Of a DNA stretch of 64,000 nucleotides, positions 27,729 through 40,699 are shown one piece after another. Location: contig OX597828.1 in NCBI GenBank assembly GCA_951406725.2, positions 76,756,001 to 76,820,000 on the forward strand. The letters are read 5' to 3'. The DNA is from Octopus vulgaris. Its lineage: Eukaryota. Each line of letters opens with the position of its first letter. The stretch's first letter is position 1. The position numbers were made by a program, and so were the translations under genes. Below the pieces are notes generated by a model. It had not been told where the DNA came from. It made no database searches and worked only from the letters and a program-made list of their open reading frames with translations.

Positions 27729-28340
27729 TATCAATGTACAAAACGTAATGCTTGCCATGCACTGATACAACTTCCAGTTGAACGAATTCCATTTTCATCT
27801 GACCTCTGCAATATGCGTAAATATTGGAGTATAAATATCATCGCATTTTTTTTTACAAGAAAAAGCAAAAAAAAAATGATGTTTGGAACATACAGTATTT
27901 TCTGCTCGCTAGAAATCTTGGCACATCCGTCACCACCAAATAGCGATTCTAAACGAATCACAAAACGGAATTCACTTCAACACGCCATTACATGCTCAAA
28001 TCGTTTCTCGTGAATTCTAACAAAAACTCCATTGACGTACGGACTATGATGAATGGGACATGGCTGAGAACCTTATAACGTGAAGCTTCCATTCTCGGTC
28101 GTCATCCGTTATACCTTTCTGACGAAACCTTTTAAATATGGACTTCTAAGAAGTATTAATGTATTGCGTATATAGCAACTTATATGTATATACGCGGTTG
28201 GTTGATTGTATGTGTGTAAGAACATATGAGTGTTGAACAAAATGTGTTTGTTATATTGAACATAATAGGAAAATAGCTTGTGACACTTTCCAGTGAAATA
28301 ATACCCACATAAAACATACACACAGACTTACATACATATG

Positions 28341-28395
<55 letters not shown>

Positions 28396-28663
28396 GCACA
28401 CATAAAGATGGCGGATCGACTGGGATGGGCGATATTGATTCTAGAGCTACGCAAAAGGTATATGCAAATAGTTACGAGAAAATATAAAACAAACATTAAA
28501 GACAAACAGCAAAAAGACAAGCAACAAATGTACAAGATCAATAAAATTATACAATTAATAGTCATCGGTTTTCCGTTTTGTTTTTTGTATGTTTTCTTTT
28601 TTTTTTTTCGGATGGTATTCCGCTAATCTGTGATTGCGCTGATTACCACAGGTTTATCATTAA

Positions 28664-28829
28664 GATGCAGGCGTGGCTGTGTGGTAAGACTCTTACTTCA
28701 CAACCACATGGTTCCGGGTTCAGTCCCACTGTGTGGCACCTTGAGCAGGTGACTTCTGCTATAGCCTCGGGCCGACCAATGTCTCATGTGTGGATTTGGT
28801 AGAGGGGAACTGGAAGAAGCCCACCGCTA

Positions 28830-28881
<52 letters not shown>

Positions 28882-29095
28882 GTGTGTTTGTGTGTGTTGG
28901 CCCCCGCCATCGCTTGACAAGAGATACTGGTGTGTTTAGCATTTCGGCAAAAGACACCGATAGAGTAAGTACTAGTCTTACAAAGAATATATCCTGGAGT
29001 CGATTACTTCTACTACAAACGCTTTAAGGTGGTGCTCCAGCATGGGCGCAGTCAAATGTAGGTAAGACGTTAAAGACTAAACGAATAGAAGAATA
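28664..29095 (+). mobile_element. SINE family A copy
   Basis: Matches 7665-8125. Confidence 0.85.
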
Positions 29096-29139
29096 ACGAA
29101 TGACCGCTGGAGCTATATATAATGGTATTGTCATCATAA

Positions 29140-29367
29140 GGCGAGCTGGCAGAAACGTTAGCACGTCGGGCGAAATGCTCAGCAGTATTTCGTCTGTCGC
29201 TACGTTGTGAGTTCAAATTACGCCGAGGTCGACTTTGCCTTTCATCCTTTCGGGCTCGATAAATTAAGTACCAATTACGCACTGGGGTCGATATAATCGA
29301 CTTAATACCTATGTCTGTCCTTGTTTGTCCCCTCTGTGTTTAGCCCCTTGTGGGTAGTAAAGAAATA
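29140..29367 (+). mobile_element. SINE family B copy with 16-bp TSD
   Basis: TSD GGTATTGTCATCATAA at 29124-29139 and 29368-29383. Confidence 0.92.
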
Positions 29368-29534
29368 GGTATTGTCATCATAAAGCCCAGATAAGTTTCC
29401 AAGAATCTCTCAAAGCGATGCATTCAAAAATGGTACAAACCACGGATGCAGCTTGACAAATCAAAAGATCATCACATCTGAGGCTATGCGTTATTCATAG
29501 CAAATATTTATAGCAATTATTATGACCGCGTTTG

Positions 29535-30000
29535 GGCCAATGAAATGGTGGAGAGGCCACTAGTATTTTGGGACACTGTCATAATCTCCAATGATTCTTG
29601 ATTTGCTGTATTTTCTTATTTCTTTACTGGCCACAAGGGGTTAAACATAGAGGGGACAAACAAGGACAGACAAACGGATTAAGTCGATTACATCGACCCC
29701 AGTACGTAACTGGTACTCAATATATCGACCCCGAAAAGATGAAAGGCAAAATCAACCTCGGCCGAATTTGAACTCAGAACGTAACGGCAGACGAAATACC
29801 GCTAAGCATTATGCCCAGCGTGCTAACGTTTCTGCCAGCTCACCGCCTTATTTGCTGGATTTTCTGACAGTAGTCGATTTTTGGTCTTGAGACTCTGTGA
29901 TCAAGAATTTGATGTGAAATTATTGCGGCCAATAATGAAACCTGGCAGCTATTCTGTGATGGTATGGAGAGCAATTTGGAGCAATGGTCGCTCAGAGACT
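29535..30000 (+). pseudogene. Tc1 transposase fragment, paralog of 31575-32660, interrupted by a SINE
   Basis: EMVERPLVFWDTVII...EFDVKLLRPIMKPGSYSVMVWRAIWSNGRSE; DNA similarity to 31995-32155. Confidence 0.8.
29617..29849 (-). mobile_element. SINE family B copy with 16-bp TSD (1 mismatch)
   Basis: ATTTGCTG(T/G)ATTTTCT at 29601-29616 and 29850-29865. Confidence 0.92.
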
Positions 30001-30395
30001 AAAACATGGCCCCGGCTAAGACTAAAATATGGTCAGAAATTAAGAAAATAAAAAGTGTCGCTACAGGGTATGAAGACCATCCAGAATCGGTCATAGGAGA
30101 AAAGCTATCAGTATTCTGCAGTTTTCTAGCCTATACAGACCAGACAATTCAATCAAACAAACCATATATGATCTGGGATAGGAGAGACGTCGAAGCCCAT
30201 ATGGTCTTTCAGTTGAATGTTACATATGTCCTGTACGTATCGATGAGGGTATCTTCGATCGTGGAAACATTTTTAAATGTCACTATGCGTAGTGATTCAT
30301 TCATACTGATATTTTAATAAATCGCACACACGCGAACACAGACACACAAACACGCACACTCAGACAGACACACAAACACGCACACACACACACAC

Positions 30396-30775
30396 TGTTC
30401 TTTATTTGTTTTAGTCATCTTGCAGTCATTCCTGGCCTTGTAGAATTCTTGTCAAACGGCACGACCCCAATTCTTGTATTTTCAAACCTGGTACTTATTC
30501 TACCGATCTTTTTTCTCCAACAGCTACGTCACGGGAGCGTAAACACACCAACATCGGTTGTCAAGCGGTACTGGAGACAGACACGTATGCGTATACAACA
30601 CGCATAGACTCACATGCACATACACGGTGGGTTTCTTTCACTTTCAGTCTACCAAACCCATTCAAAAACGTTCGATCACCACCTGGGTAGACTAGAAGCC
30701 ACCGAGGTGCTGTGCAGTGGGACTAAACTCGAACCCTGTTCGTAGGAAGCGAACTTCTTAACATACAGACACATG
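30396..30775 (-). mobile_element. Diverged SINE family A copy
   Basis: Reverse-complement motifs GGTACTTATTCT, GTAAACACACCAACATCGGTTGTCAAGCG, TTTCAGTCTACCAAA. Confidence 0.75.
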
Positions 30776-30962
30776 TACATATTTTATGATATATAAGCTG
30801 AACATCTTAAAAATGAAGGGTCTAAAAAATTACCCGGGGCCATATCCTTGTCGCGCCTCTCGTAAGCCAACCTTATTTCCCCAACTTGAATATGTGCTAC
30901 TAAAATCAGGCTACGTGTAATATGCTTGTGCGTCTTTTAAGCCATCAAATACGGTGTATATA

Positions 30963-31153
<191 letters not shown>

Positions 31154-31167
31154 ATTTTTTTTCTTTA

Positions 31168-31403
31168 TGCGCCCTTTACAAGCCTAGCCAGTCTCATGGG
31201 CCCGGTTTCCCGGTTTCTATGGCGTATGTATTCTCCCCCCCAGTCCATAGCAGCGTTACTCATTCTTGCCAGGTGAGTGTACTGGAGCAGCGGGAAATGA
31301 AGTGTTTTGCTTAAGAACACAACGAGTCGCCCGGTCCAGGAATCGTAACCACAATCTTACGATCATAATGCTGAGACCCTAACTACTAAGCCACGTGCCT
31401 CCA
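31168..31403 (-). mobile_element. SINE family C copy
   Basis: Matches 17361-17621. Confidence 0.87.
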
Positions 31404-31444
31404 TATATATATATATATATATGGACGCACAAACACACACACAC

Positions 31445-31488
<44 letters not shown>

Positions 31489-31574
31489 GGCAGAAGTAAA
31501 TAAACACTCCATAAAACATCGTTTTATGTTTATTCTAACTTGTAAAGGTTTATAATTTTTCTTAATTGACATTT

Positions 31575-32660
31575 TTATATTTCAGGTGCTATATGTGATT
31601 GCTTAATCCTGCTATGTACAAAAAAAACATTGGAACTGTCTGAAGTTCAAAGAGGCCATATTTTGGATCAATCTGAAGGTGTACATAGCGTAAAATCGCA
31701 GAAAACCTTGGGATCCCGCTTACTACAGTTAATAGGATAATAATGTAAATCACCAGAAGGAGCCCACGTTACCACACACAAGTTGACCAGAGCCCTCTGA
31801 GAGGATCTTTCTCTTCGTTAATAGAAGTGTACAGGATAATCCACGTTTCAAGGTCTCTGACATAGCAGAAAAGTTAGTATCAATCCAAGAACAGCTGTCA
31901 GGTATCTCCACAAACTTGGTTACTATGGCAGAGCAGCAAGAAAGAAGCCACTTCTTTGACCAACCAATATCAAGCAGAGAAAAGATTGGGCTTGTGAGAT
32001 GGTGGAGAGGCCACTAGCATTTTGGGACACTGTCATATTCTCTGATGAGTCCAGATTTGCTGAATTTGATGTGAAAAGATTGCAGCCAACAATGAAACAT
32101 TGTAGATATTCTGAGATGATCTGGGGAGCATTTTCGAGCAATTGTCACTCAGAGCTGGTGAAGTGTGAAGGAAATACAAACTCGGATATATATATATATA
32201 TATATATGTCCATATTGCGGAAAGAACTCCTCCTTCCAAATTTCTCAAGTGGTGAAATGGTTAAAGAAGACTCTTCATTTATAGAAGATGGGGCTCCTTG
32301 TCACACGGCTAAAATGACCCAAGATTTGGTGGAAAGGATTGGCATTATAAAGCTTTCACGGCCAAGTCAGTCACCAGATATGAACCCTATTGAACACCTC
32401 AGGGACATAATGGACAGGACAATTCATAAAAAGAACAAGAAAGCATCTTCAAAACAAGATCTTTTGAGATTACTAAATAAGACTTGGCAAGAAAATCCTG
32501 AAGAGAATATTCGTCATCTGATCAGTAAAATGCCCAATAGGGTCCTTGCATTGAAAAAATGTAAAGGACAGGTCTAATGAACACTAAATATTCACATTAT
32601 AAAAATTAATAAATAATTTGTATGCATAATTTTAGATTTAAATAATTTTTATTATAAGAG
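31575..32660 (+). pseudogene. Tc1-like DD34E transposase pseudogene (largest open piece 31999-32577)
   Basis: VIFSDESRF, then D(34)E in FIEDGAPCH...SPDMNPIEH; upstream YYGRAARKKPLL*; internal deletion and (TA)n expansion. Confidence 0.9.
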
Positions 32661-32689
32661 CATCTATTTACATCTGTCATATGTGTGTG

Positions 32690-32730
<41 letters not shown>

Positions 32731-33182
32731 GATATAGGATCAAATTTTTTTCGGGAAAACATTATATCAATGGCCAGCATGTCAAAAAATGCCTTTAAAG
32801 GTAAAATTTATACATAATTTACGAGATAAGGGCAGAAGAAAAATTCTGGTTATCGACAATTTTTTGCTTCGGCGTATCTGGCATTAGAATTTTTCTTCTG
32901 CCCTTATCTTGTGTATGTATATATATATACTTTAATTAAAGCAGGAACAACAGAGTGAAGAGAGCGAGAGAGAGAAAGAGAGGGAGAGAGAGAAAGAGAA
33001 GGGGAGAGAGAGAGAATTCCTTCTTGGACATTATTGTTTCCGTTGCCAGAAAGGAGAATCTGCGAATATGGAATCCTGCTAATTTCAGATTTAAAATAAA
33101 TGTTATTCTCTCTACCTAACAATATCGAGGGATTATGTTTCGCTTAATTGCAGTTCACACCATCGTCTCTTCCCCCCCTCTC

Positions 33183-33230
<48 letters not shown>

Positions 33231-33515
33231 AGTTCCTTCTCTGTGTGAGCGTGTGGGCGTGTGGGCGTATTAGAATACGCAAATACGAACGCCTTGTCGA
33301 GTTTGTTTAGGAGTGTGTGTATATGTGTGTGGGTGTGCATGTGTGTGTGTGTATGTCTGTAGGTGTGTGCATGCATGCGTGTGAGCATGCATGCGTGTAT
33401 GCGTGTGTGTCACTGTATTTATCTGAGGAAGAAAGAGAATCTGGTGTGAGAGGGAAACAAATGAAGCGACTGAGCGTAATGCAAAGATTATAAGCGAAAC
33501 GAAAATGATGTAAGT

Positions 33516-33564
<49 letters not shown>

Positions 33565-33687
33565 TGTGTGTGTGTGTGTGCGTGTGTGTGTGTGTCTGTG
33601 TGCATCTGTGTGTGTCTGTGTGTGTGCGTGCGCGTGTATATGTGTATACTTTTCCTTGTTTCAGTCATTTGACTCCGGCCATGCTTG

Positions 33688-33728
<41 letters not shown>

Positions 33729-35127
33729 CATACATATATATACAAGATAAGAAAATGGAGAAATACATCTAAATCAAATATCAATTACCAGATAATACTC
33801 AATCACATACTTTATTAAACCACCACATAAGAGACTGTAGGGTTAAATATAAAAAAGCAGAACAAATCAGTGTACATAAAGGAACGTACATAAAAAGTGT
33901 ACATAAAAGAGTAATGTTGTATAATAAGTAGAATATATAAAAAAGAGAATATAAATATAAGTAAATATAAATATGAGTACAAACCCCTATCTCAATTTGT
34001 ATATATATATATATAATTATGTACATCAACAACACAACACAAAAACAATAAGCAAATAACTAGAATAACTATACCAGAGGAGAAGGAATTAAGAATCGTA
34101 CGTGGACATTTACTAGAAATTAGAGCCAAAATAGACTTTGCCTTTTAATGCCAATTTTCCATGGAGATATCAAACTGAGATTCCTTAATAGCGCCGGAGT
34201 TGGTCCTCGATTGCTTTTAGAAAAACCAGGAATATGAAATATTGTTTCGCGTAGATTGCTTCACTTGCCATTTGTGTACGTCGTACATTGACTAGTTTTG
34301 GTTTTCTAGGAATTTTTTTTTTTTGGTTTAGTTTTTATTGCCATGTTTTGGTCGCTCTTCCTTATTTCAAAAAGTATATCTGAGATTTCATGGAATCTGT
34401 GCGGTCACGTTGAACTGATGGCGGCGTTTACAGCACAGCACAGAACGTGCACACACGCATGCACGTATTGGGAAAAGCAAAAAACGCATGATGCACAGAT
34501 ATGCATGTACGTGTGTGTGTGCGCGGGTCTGTGTATGTTGTGTGCGCGCGTGCATGTGTGTGTGTGCGCGTGTGTGTGTGTGCGTGTGTGTATGCGTGTG
34601 TGTATGTGTGTGCAAGTGTGCGTGTGTGTACGCGGGTCTTTTCGTGTGTGCGCGAGCGCGTGTATTTGCGTGCGCTCGTGTGTGTGCGCGCGCGTGCATG
34701 TGCGTATATTTGTGTGCACGCGCGTGCACATGCGCTGGCTTATCTGTGAGGTGCGAATATTGCTTTGCAATCCAACAGTTCCGAGCCTGTCTCGGTGCGT
34801 GGCACCTTGGGCTCGTGGTTTGCACCAAACCCGTATGGCCCCGGGGCTGACCAAACACTTATGAATCAATATGGTAGGCGGACACTAAAAGAAGCCTGTC
34901 GTATATATGTGTGTGTGCGTGTTTATATGTCTGTGTGTGTGTGTGCATATGTGCAGGTGTGGGTGTGTAGTAAGAAATTTATTTCTCAATCACCTGGTCC
35001 TGAGTTCTGTCCCACTGTGTAGAACCTTGGACAATTTCCTTATAGTGGAGTCTCATCCCGACTGAAGACTTGTGAGTGGTTTAAAAGGATCCCGTCGCAT
35101 ATATGTGCGTACATGTATGCGTATATA

Positions 35128-35490
35128 GGCGCTGGGGTGGCTATGTGGTAAGAAGCTTCCTTCCCAATCTCATGGTTCCGGCTTCAGTCCCACTGCGTGG
35201 CAATATGGCCAAGTGCCTTCTTCTATGATCTGCGGTCAACCAAAGCCTTATCAGTGAATTTAGTGAACGGAAACTGAAAGAATCCCTTCGTGTGTATATA
35301 TATATATTTATATATATATATATATATATACATACGCATATGTGTGTGTGTGCGTTTGCGTGTGTGTGTATATATTTGTGTGTCTGTGTCTGTACCTCCC
35401 CCCCCCCACCGACATCGCTCGACAACAGACGCCGGCGTATTTAGGTCCCAGTAAGGTAGCGCCTCGCCCACCAGTTACCTACCGGGTTTC
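35128..35490 (+). mobile_element. SINE family A copy, with further partial copies at about 34770-35100
   Basis: Head GGCGCTGGGGTGGCTATGTGGTAAGAAGCTT and body match family A. Confidence 0.8.
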
Positions 35491-36122
35491 AAAAGGCTAA
35501 AATTTCCCAATCTTTTCTCTGATGTTTCCTGCATCCGTTGAATTTTACTGAAATGATAGACTCATAAATACCATCCTACCGCCAGAAAACCCCTCATTGC
35601 AGAGACAACAGTTACACAACGTTATTTCTGAAGAAACTTCCACGCATTCCAAAAAGCTAAAAGCGAAACATTGGGATGTGTAGCTTTTAGAAAGTGGTGA
35701 GGTGATGGGTAAAATTCTTAATGCTTCGTACACTCGGATTTTTCTCCATGGATTACCAAGAATAAAAGTTTGAAAACAAATGACAAATGAACTTGGTGTA
35801 GAGAGGAAAAAATTGAAATATTGAGAACGTGCTTTGTGAGTGAAATCCTAATTTCCTGTATCGCAAACATGGGAATCGGAAGAAATTTAGAACAAAAAAA
35901 GAAATTGGGGGACAGAAATGTTACTTCGGACATGCTAGAAAGAAGAGGTAAAGAAGACGATGTCTGAGAAAACTTCCTTTAAGTTTATATCGAAGATCAG
36001 GTTCTTAAATACATCACAAACACAAATTACACAAATAGAAAAAAGATCATTTCAACTGGATTTGAGCTGGAAATTTGCGACTGCAAGAAATAACATAATT
36101 CGCACAGAACACGTATCTATTG

Positions 36123-36163
<41 letters not shown>

Positions 36164-36232
36164 CAAAAATCTATGCTGCACGGATCTTTGTCAGTGAACA
36201 GGTCGCGGATTTTAGCGACGAAAATATTTTGA

Positions 36233-37915
36233 GGGCGTCGGTTGTTATTTTTGAACGCTCGTGAAATTGTGTAAAACAGAACAAAAAGTAAGTTAGAAAA
36301 TTGTTGTTGTTGAATTTTGTTGTACGTTTGTTGATACGGTTTCGTGTTATACTGTTTCTGCTCTGGCGGCCGTTGTCTTTCTGTGTGAGACAGACAAGAG
36401 GATATGGACGACCCCTCTCTGATGGAAGAGTCGGAGGAGGAATGGTTGTTCGAGACCTTGTCGGAGGCACCGACTCTGAGGACGAGGTGACTGGCGCTGT
36501 GAATAATATTAAAACCGGGAAGACGTACGCTGAAGCTGCAAAAAAGAAGACGACGGAGGAAAAGGAGAAAAACATAGAAAAATTACCAGGTTTTCAAGCT
36601 TACATAACTAAAGCAGGTGGGGAGGTAAAACTACTTCCGCCAGAGAAACGAGAAGAATGGTTTATGAAGAGGATTATAAAATACCGGACATATGGAAAAG
36701 ATAACAGGAAAGTAGAAATAATAAAAATGGAAGATATTGAGGAGGCGCTGAGAAGAGAGAAGGAAGAAATCCCATTCATGACGAGAGGAAACGAGTTCGG
36801 AACTATAAGAGTGCAGTTCGAAAGCAAAAATATAGCAAGGAAAATGGCAACAAAGACAATAAAAACTGAAAAAGTAATATTGTTACCCTCCTACATGAAC
36901 CAAAGAATAAATAGAATAAGAGTTGAAGGGATACCCCCCCACATAGAGGGTGAATGGGTTGTCGCGGCGATTATAAAAGATGTGGAAGAAGAGACGGACA
37001 TTTTACAAGCGACCGTAAAAAATGAAGGTTTACGTGGCAAAACGCTAGAAATGAGCGTTCAAGCAGAGGAGGGTGCACTGGAGAAGATGGCGGACAGCAT
37101 AATTTTAGGGAATATAGTAATGAGAGTGTGGGTGGAGGTCAGAGCACCAAGGTGCTATAAGTGTGGCCTGAGGGGCCACATAAGAGCCTACTGCCCTCCC
37201 CCACAAAAGGAAACAGTGATCCAGGAAGAGGAGGAGACGGAGCCGGAAAAAGTTGAGGAGGAAGAATCTGAGGAGGAGAAGGAGGCCCAAACTGAGTGGG
37301 AAGACGTAAGGAAAAAAAGAAAAAGAAGGAAAGTGAACTTTATCGAACCCCAATCCACCCCAACACCACCCGCACCCTCTGAGCCCCATCCTTCCCCTGC
37401 AAGCTATGATCCCACCCACTCCCCGCCTACAAGAAAACCTAAAAACGCAGACATACAGAGTAAACAAGAGCCCAAGTCCCATTTTTTATGTTTTGTAAAA
37501 AAAAAGGAAGACAATGAGAACTCAACAAGAGTCTTTGGTAAAGAAGCATGGTATGAAGAAGAAGATGGGAGTTATTTGGTGGTGGAAGGGGAAGTAATGG
37601 ACACAAGGAAGATGTGTGTAAATGAGGGCGTAAAAGCGATTGAGATGGAATTTTCGAATGAGAAGATAAAAGAGTATGAAAGGATATTTGAGAAAGTGAT
37701 AAGAAAAGAGGGACTTTTGGTTGGAGATGATAGGTGACGAAGGGTTTGTGAAGGACAGGTAAGTGGTGCTGGCGGATGGGGCCGTCAGCATCGCTTTCAT
37801 ATTATCACTTATCATTCTAAAAATTCATTCTCCATACTATTAATTATAATGTTCTATGTCCCCAATGTTTTGTGGTGTCCCCTCTGTGTCGCCCCTAGTG
37901 GGTAATAAAGAAAGA
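36233..37915 (+). mobile_element. ORF1-only (HAL1-like) non-LTR retroelement of L1/Tx1 type, 13-bp TSD
   Basis: TSD GAAAATATTTTGA at 36220-36232 and 37916-37928; single ORF; ~180-bp 3' UTR ending TGTCCCCTCTGTGTCGCCCCTAGTGGGTAATAAAGAAAGA. Confidence 0.85.
36442..37737 (+). CDS. Gag-like LINE ORF1 protein (~431 aa): RRM-like region, CCHC zinc knuckle, acidic/basic tract, Pro-rich linker, C-terminal domain
   Basis: First in-frame ATG at 36442; CYKCGLRGHIRAYC = CX2CX4HX4C; KTYAEAAKK and IRVEGIPPHI motifs typical of L1/Tx1 ORF1; KKRKRRK NLS-like. Confidence 0.85.
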   Translation: MVVRDLVGGTDSEDEVTGAVNNIKTGKTYAEAAKKKTTEEKEKNIEKLPGFQAYITKAGGEVKLLPPEKREEWFMKRIIKYRTYGKDNRKVEIIKMEDIEEALRREKEEIPFMTRGNEFGTIRVQFESKNIARKMATKTIKTEKVILLPSYMNQRINRIRVEGIPPHIEGEWVVAAIIKDVEEETDILQATVKNEGLRGKTLEMSVQAEEGALEKMADSIILGNIVMRVWVEVRAPRCYKCGLRGHIRAYCPPPQKETVIQEEEETEPEKVEEEESEEEKEAQTEWEDVRKKRKRRKVNFIEPQSTPTPPAPSEPHPSPASYDPTHSPPTRKPKNADIQSKQEPKSHFLCFVKKKEDNENSTRVFGKEAWYEEEDGSYLVVEGEVMDTRKMCVNEGVKAIEMEFSNEKIKEYERIFEKVIRKEGLLVGDDR

Positions 37916-40699
37916 GAAAATATTTTGACAAATTATACTTAAATGTTGAAGTGAATCGAACAGCTTTTGTGTGTTTCTTAAATGGCTTACAAACACCTTC
38001 CACGCTGCAATTGTTTTCGTTTCAGCACGCGATCTCAGATCAAATCACTTGCTATGCGAGTACATCTCCGTAACATATATATATATATATATATCAAACG
38101 ACGAGTGTGCATGTGTGAAATAGTGTGACCTAATCGATAATGTGTTAGCCACATGTCGTAATTCGATACATAGACGAGTCGATGCTTTTCGTCTTTAAGC
38201 CCCCCCCCCCCAAATAACTCATTTCACTCCGAACCTGAACATTTAACCGAGAATGAAAAATGGCGGAGCAGTTCTGCCGTTATAGCAGTTCATGTTTGAT
38301 AGATCCAGAAAATTTGTCAATGAGTGACTACACAGACCTCAAAAATAACTAGTACAATCTACCAGTCGCTACTTGGTTGCGAGAGATTGATTGTTTATAA
38401 AATGATGTCCATTGGGTGAACTCGATTGCTTGATACATACTTTCTGTATCGCGCAAGATAAGATTGATATGAGCGAGGTTTGAACGCGGAATGATGTACG
38501 TTCAAAACTGAATATTTTACGCCGTGTTGTGTAAACACAATAACTTTCAGCCATTTCAAGTGATCTCGAGATTACTCCAACTAAGAGAAATATTAGCACT
38601 GGCTTCACACAAAATGGAAACTTAATTCCCAGATAGAGGTTTGTGTCGGGCTCAATTATGTTGAATTTTCACTAATGATAACAGATTTATATTCATCCTG
38701 CTGAGATTTATCCGATAGATTTTAGAGTGTCATATTGTACAACACGGCTTGTCATGTCAGTTCCCTCTTTATGGCCCTATAAGTACTTATCTGTAAGTTA
38801 TGTACCAGTAAAATATTGGGGAAAATTAACTAATCAAGACTGATTAAGTATTCAACTAATTATTGTTTCGGCCTTAAATTATATGGCATGGTGCAATCTC
38901 TTTCGGTGAATTGGTTAGCGTGTTCGTTTAGACACAGGTTTTGGCTAGAAAGACATCAGGCTGGATTTAGTTCATGCGTTCGATCTCATTTGCTGTAAAC
39001 CCCTGAGGGACTCGACGTTTATCATCTTCAGTTGAGTGCGTCACTTTCTCCAAGTCGAAATAAAATATCCATTTATTTCTATGGAAATTTGAATCTATTT
39101 CAGATTTAATCTATTTAAAGGATTCGAATTGATTTCATTGCAGAATAGAATCATCAATTATTTTGAAAATGGATAAAATCAGATCTATTTGTGGAATTGA
39201 TTAAGTTACAAGACTGGACAATAAAGAGAGTTTGTTGCGTGTAAGTCGTAAGAATGTGTCCCGCTTCCAATTGCGCCATCAATGTGTCCACGAAGAAACG
39301 TGTATAAGTATGACCACGAGAAAATTTTGATGAAATATAAAATGGAATTGATTCGGCTTTTATGTTAGATTTAATTTATGTCTTTATTTCCTGTATCAAC
39401 CTTAGGCATCTGATAGCTGTCAGCTTGGATATTCATTCCAATGTTTCTGGAAATTTAACTGAATCAGAGAGAATTCTTACTCAGATATTGTCACTAGTGT
39501 GTAGCAAAATTAACAGTTTTAACTTAAATCTGGTGACATTATAGATAAAGTTTGCAGACTTGCTATTATTATTAAAAGTATATTTGGTTGCCAATTACTG
39601 TGCTATGCTTTTACTGTTGTTACTTCTATCTACTTTTAATTCCACTTCCATTTCAGATTCCAGTTTCCAGTTCTGTTACTCTGCACACAACTTTTAACAT
39701 ATTTTATTACCGTTGTGAGAAGTTTTGTCTATCAGAACGAGGCAGCGCCAAAACACTGCCAGTGAGATTTTAATCGAATCACAGAATCATTAGCCTAAAT
39801 ATAACACAGTCCCATACTCGACAAAGAGGTACACAACGTTTTATTCTAATGGATTCTCGGCGGTTCATTGAGTAGACTTCAGTCTTTACACGCACATATC
39901 CGCCGGCATATCTCTATCTCTTTCTACCCATATCTGCATATCTACTTACATGTATGCATATATATATCTGCTTGCGTATATGTACGCAAGGTGCCGACCG
40001 GAGTAAAGCTAGATGAGGTTAACTCATCACGACCAAGAGTCATCATTCTCTGTATGCACCCATTGCAGTAGCAGCAGATCAATGCAGATATCAGAGTTGC
40101 TTCTGCTCCATATCTCTGTGCCCTTTTACCTGAGTAAAATATGTGAGAATCTTAAAGTTGGAGCTGCAGTAGTGCATCGAGAGAGATGCAGTTATGATCG
40201 GCTGTTTCGCAAGCATTATTGTCTCTGTAGCTGAAATTAGCTGGAAAGAAACTGAAAGATTTTCACATGTGTTTATATTTTGTGGCATTGGATCTATGAC
40301 TATGCTCTGTATATGGCCTGCTGTAGTGATGTAGAAATTATTGTTTTGTGGCATTTGTAGTTCGTATATATTTATTGCAGAGAAAATCGAGGCTCATGCA
40401 AAGGCTAACCAAATACATGATTAATAATAGTTTAAAAAACTATTTTGGTTGTTTCTTTGTTTGGTCACTTATGTTTTCTGAATATTTTCTTCATTTGTGC
40501 TCTCTATATTCTTTGTACACAGAAATCTTAAAAAAGTTTTGTAAGTAATTTCAAATAATTCTTTCGTGTGTTTCGGGTGTATTATATGTTACGGGTTACT
40601 GAATATCATTCTTGGTTCTATGGAATATTGTTTCATGTAGCTAGAGGGAAGGAACCGTGTGTGCTTTGCTAAATGCATATGTCATTGGTATATAAGCAG

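Noticed and set aside
28405-28414. YY1 motif AAGATGGCGG (also AACATGGCG near 15167)
   Set aside because: Isolated short motifs expected by chance; no supporting promoter context
36301-36441. TTG-initiated N-terminal extension of the 478-aa ORF
   Set aside because: Eukaryotic context; first in-frame ATG is 36442 and the extension lies in the element's 5' UTR
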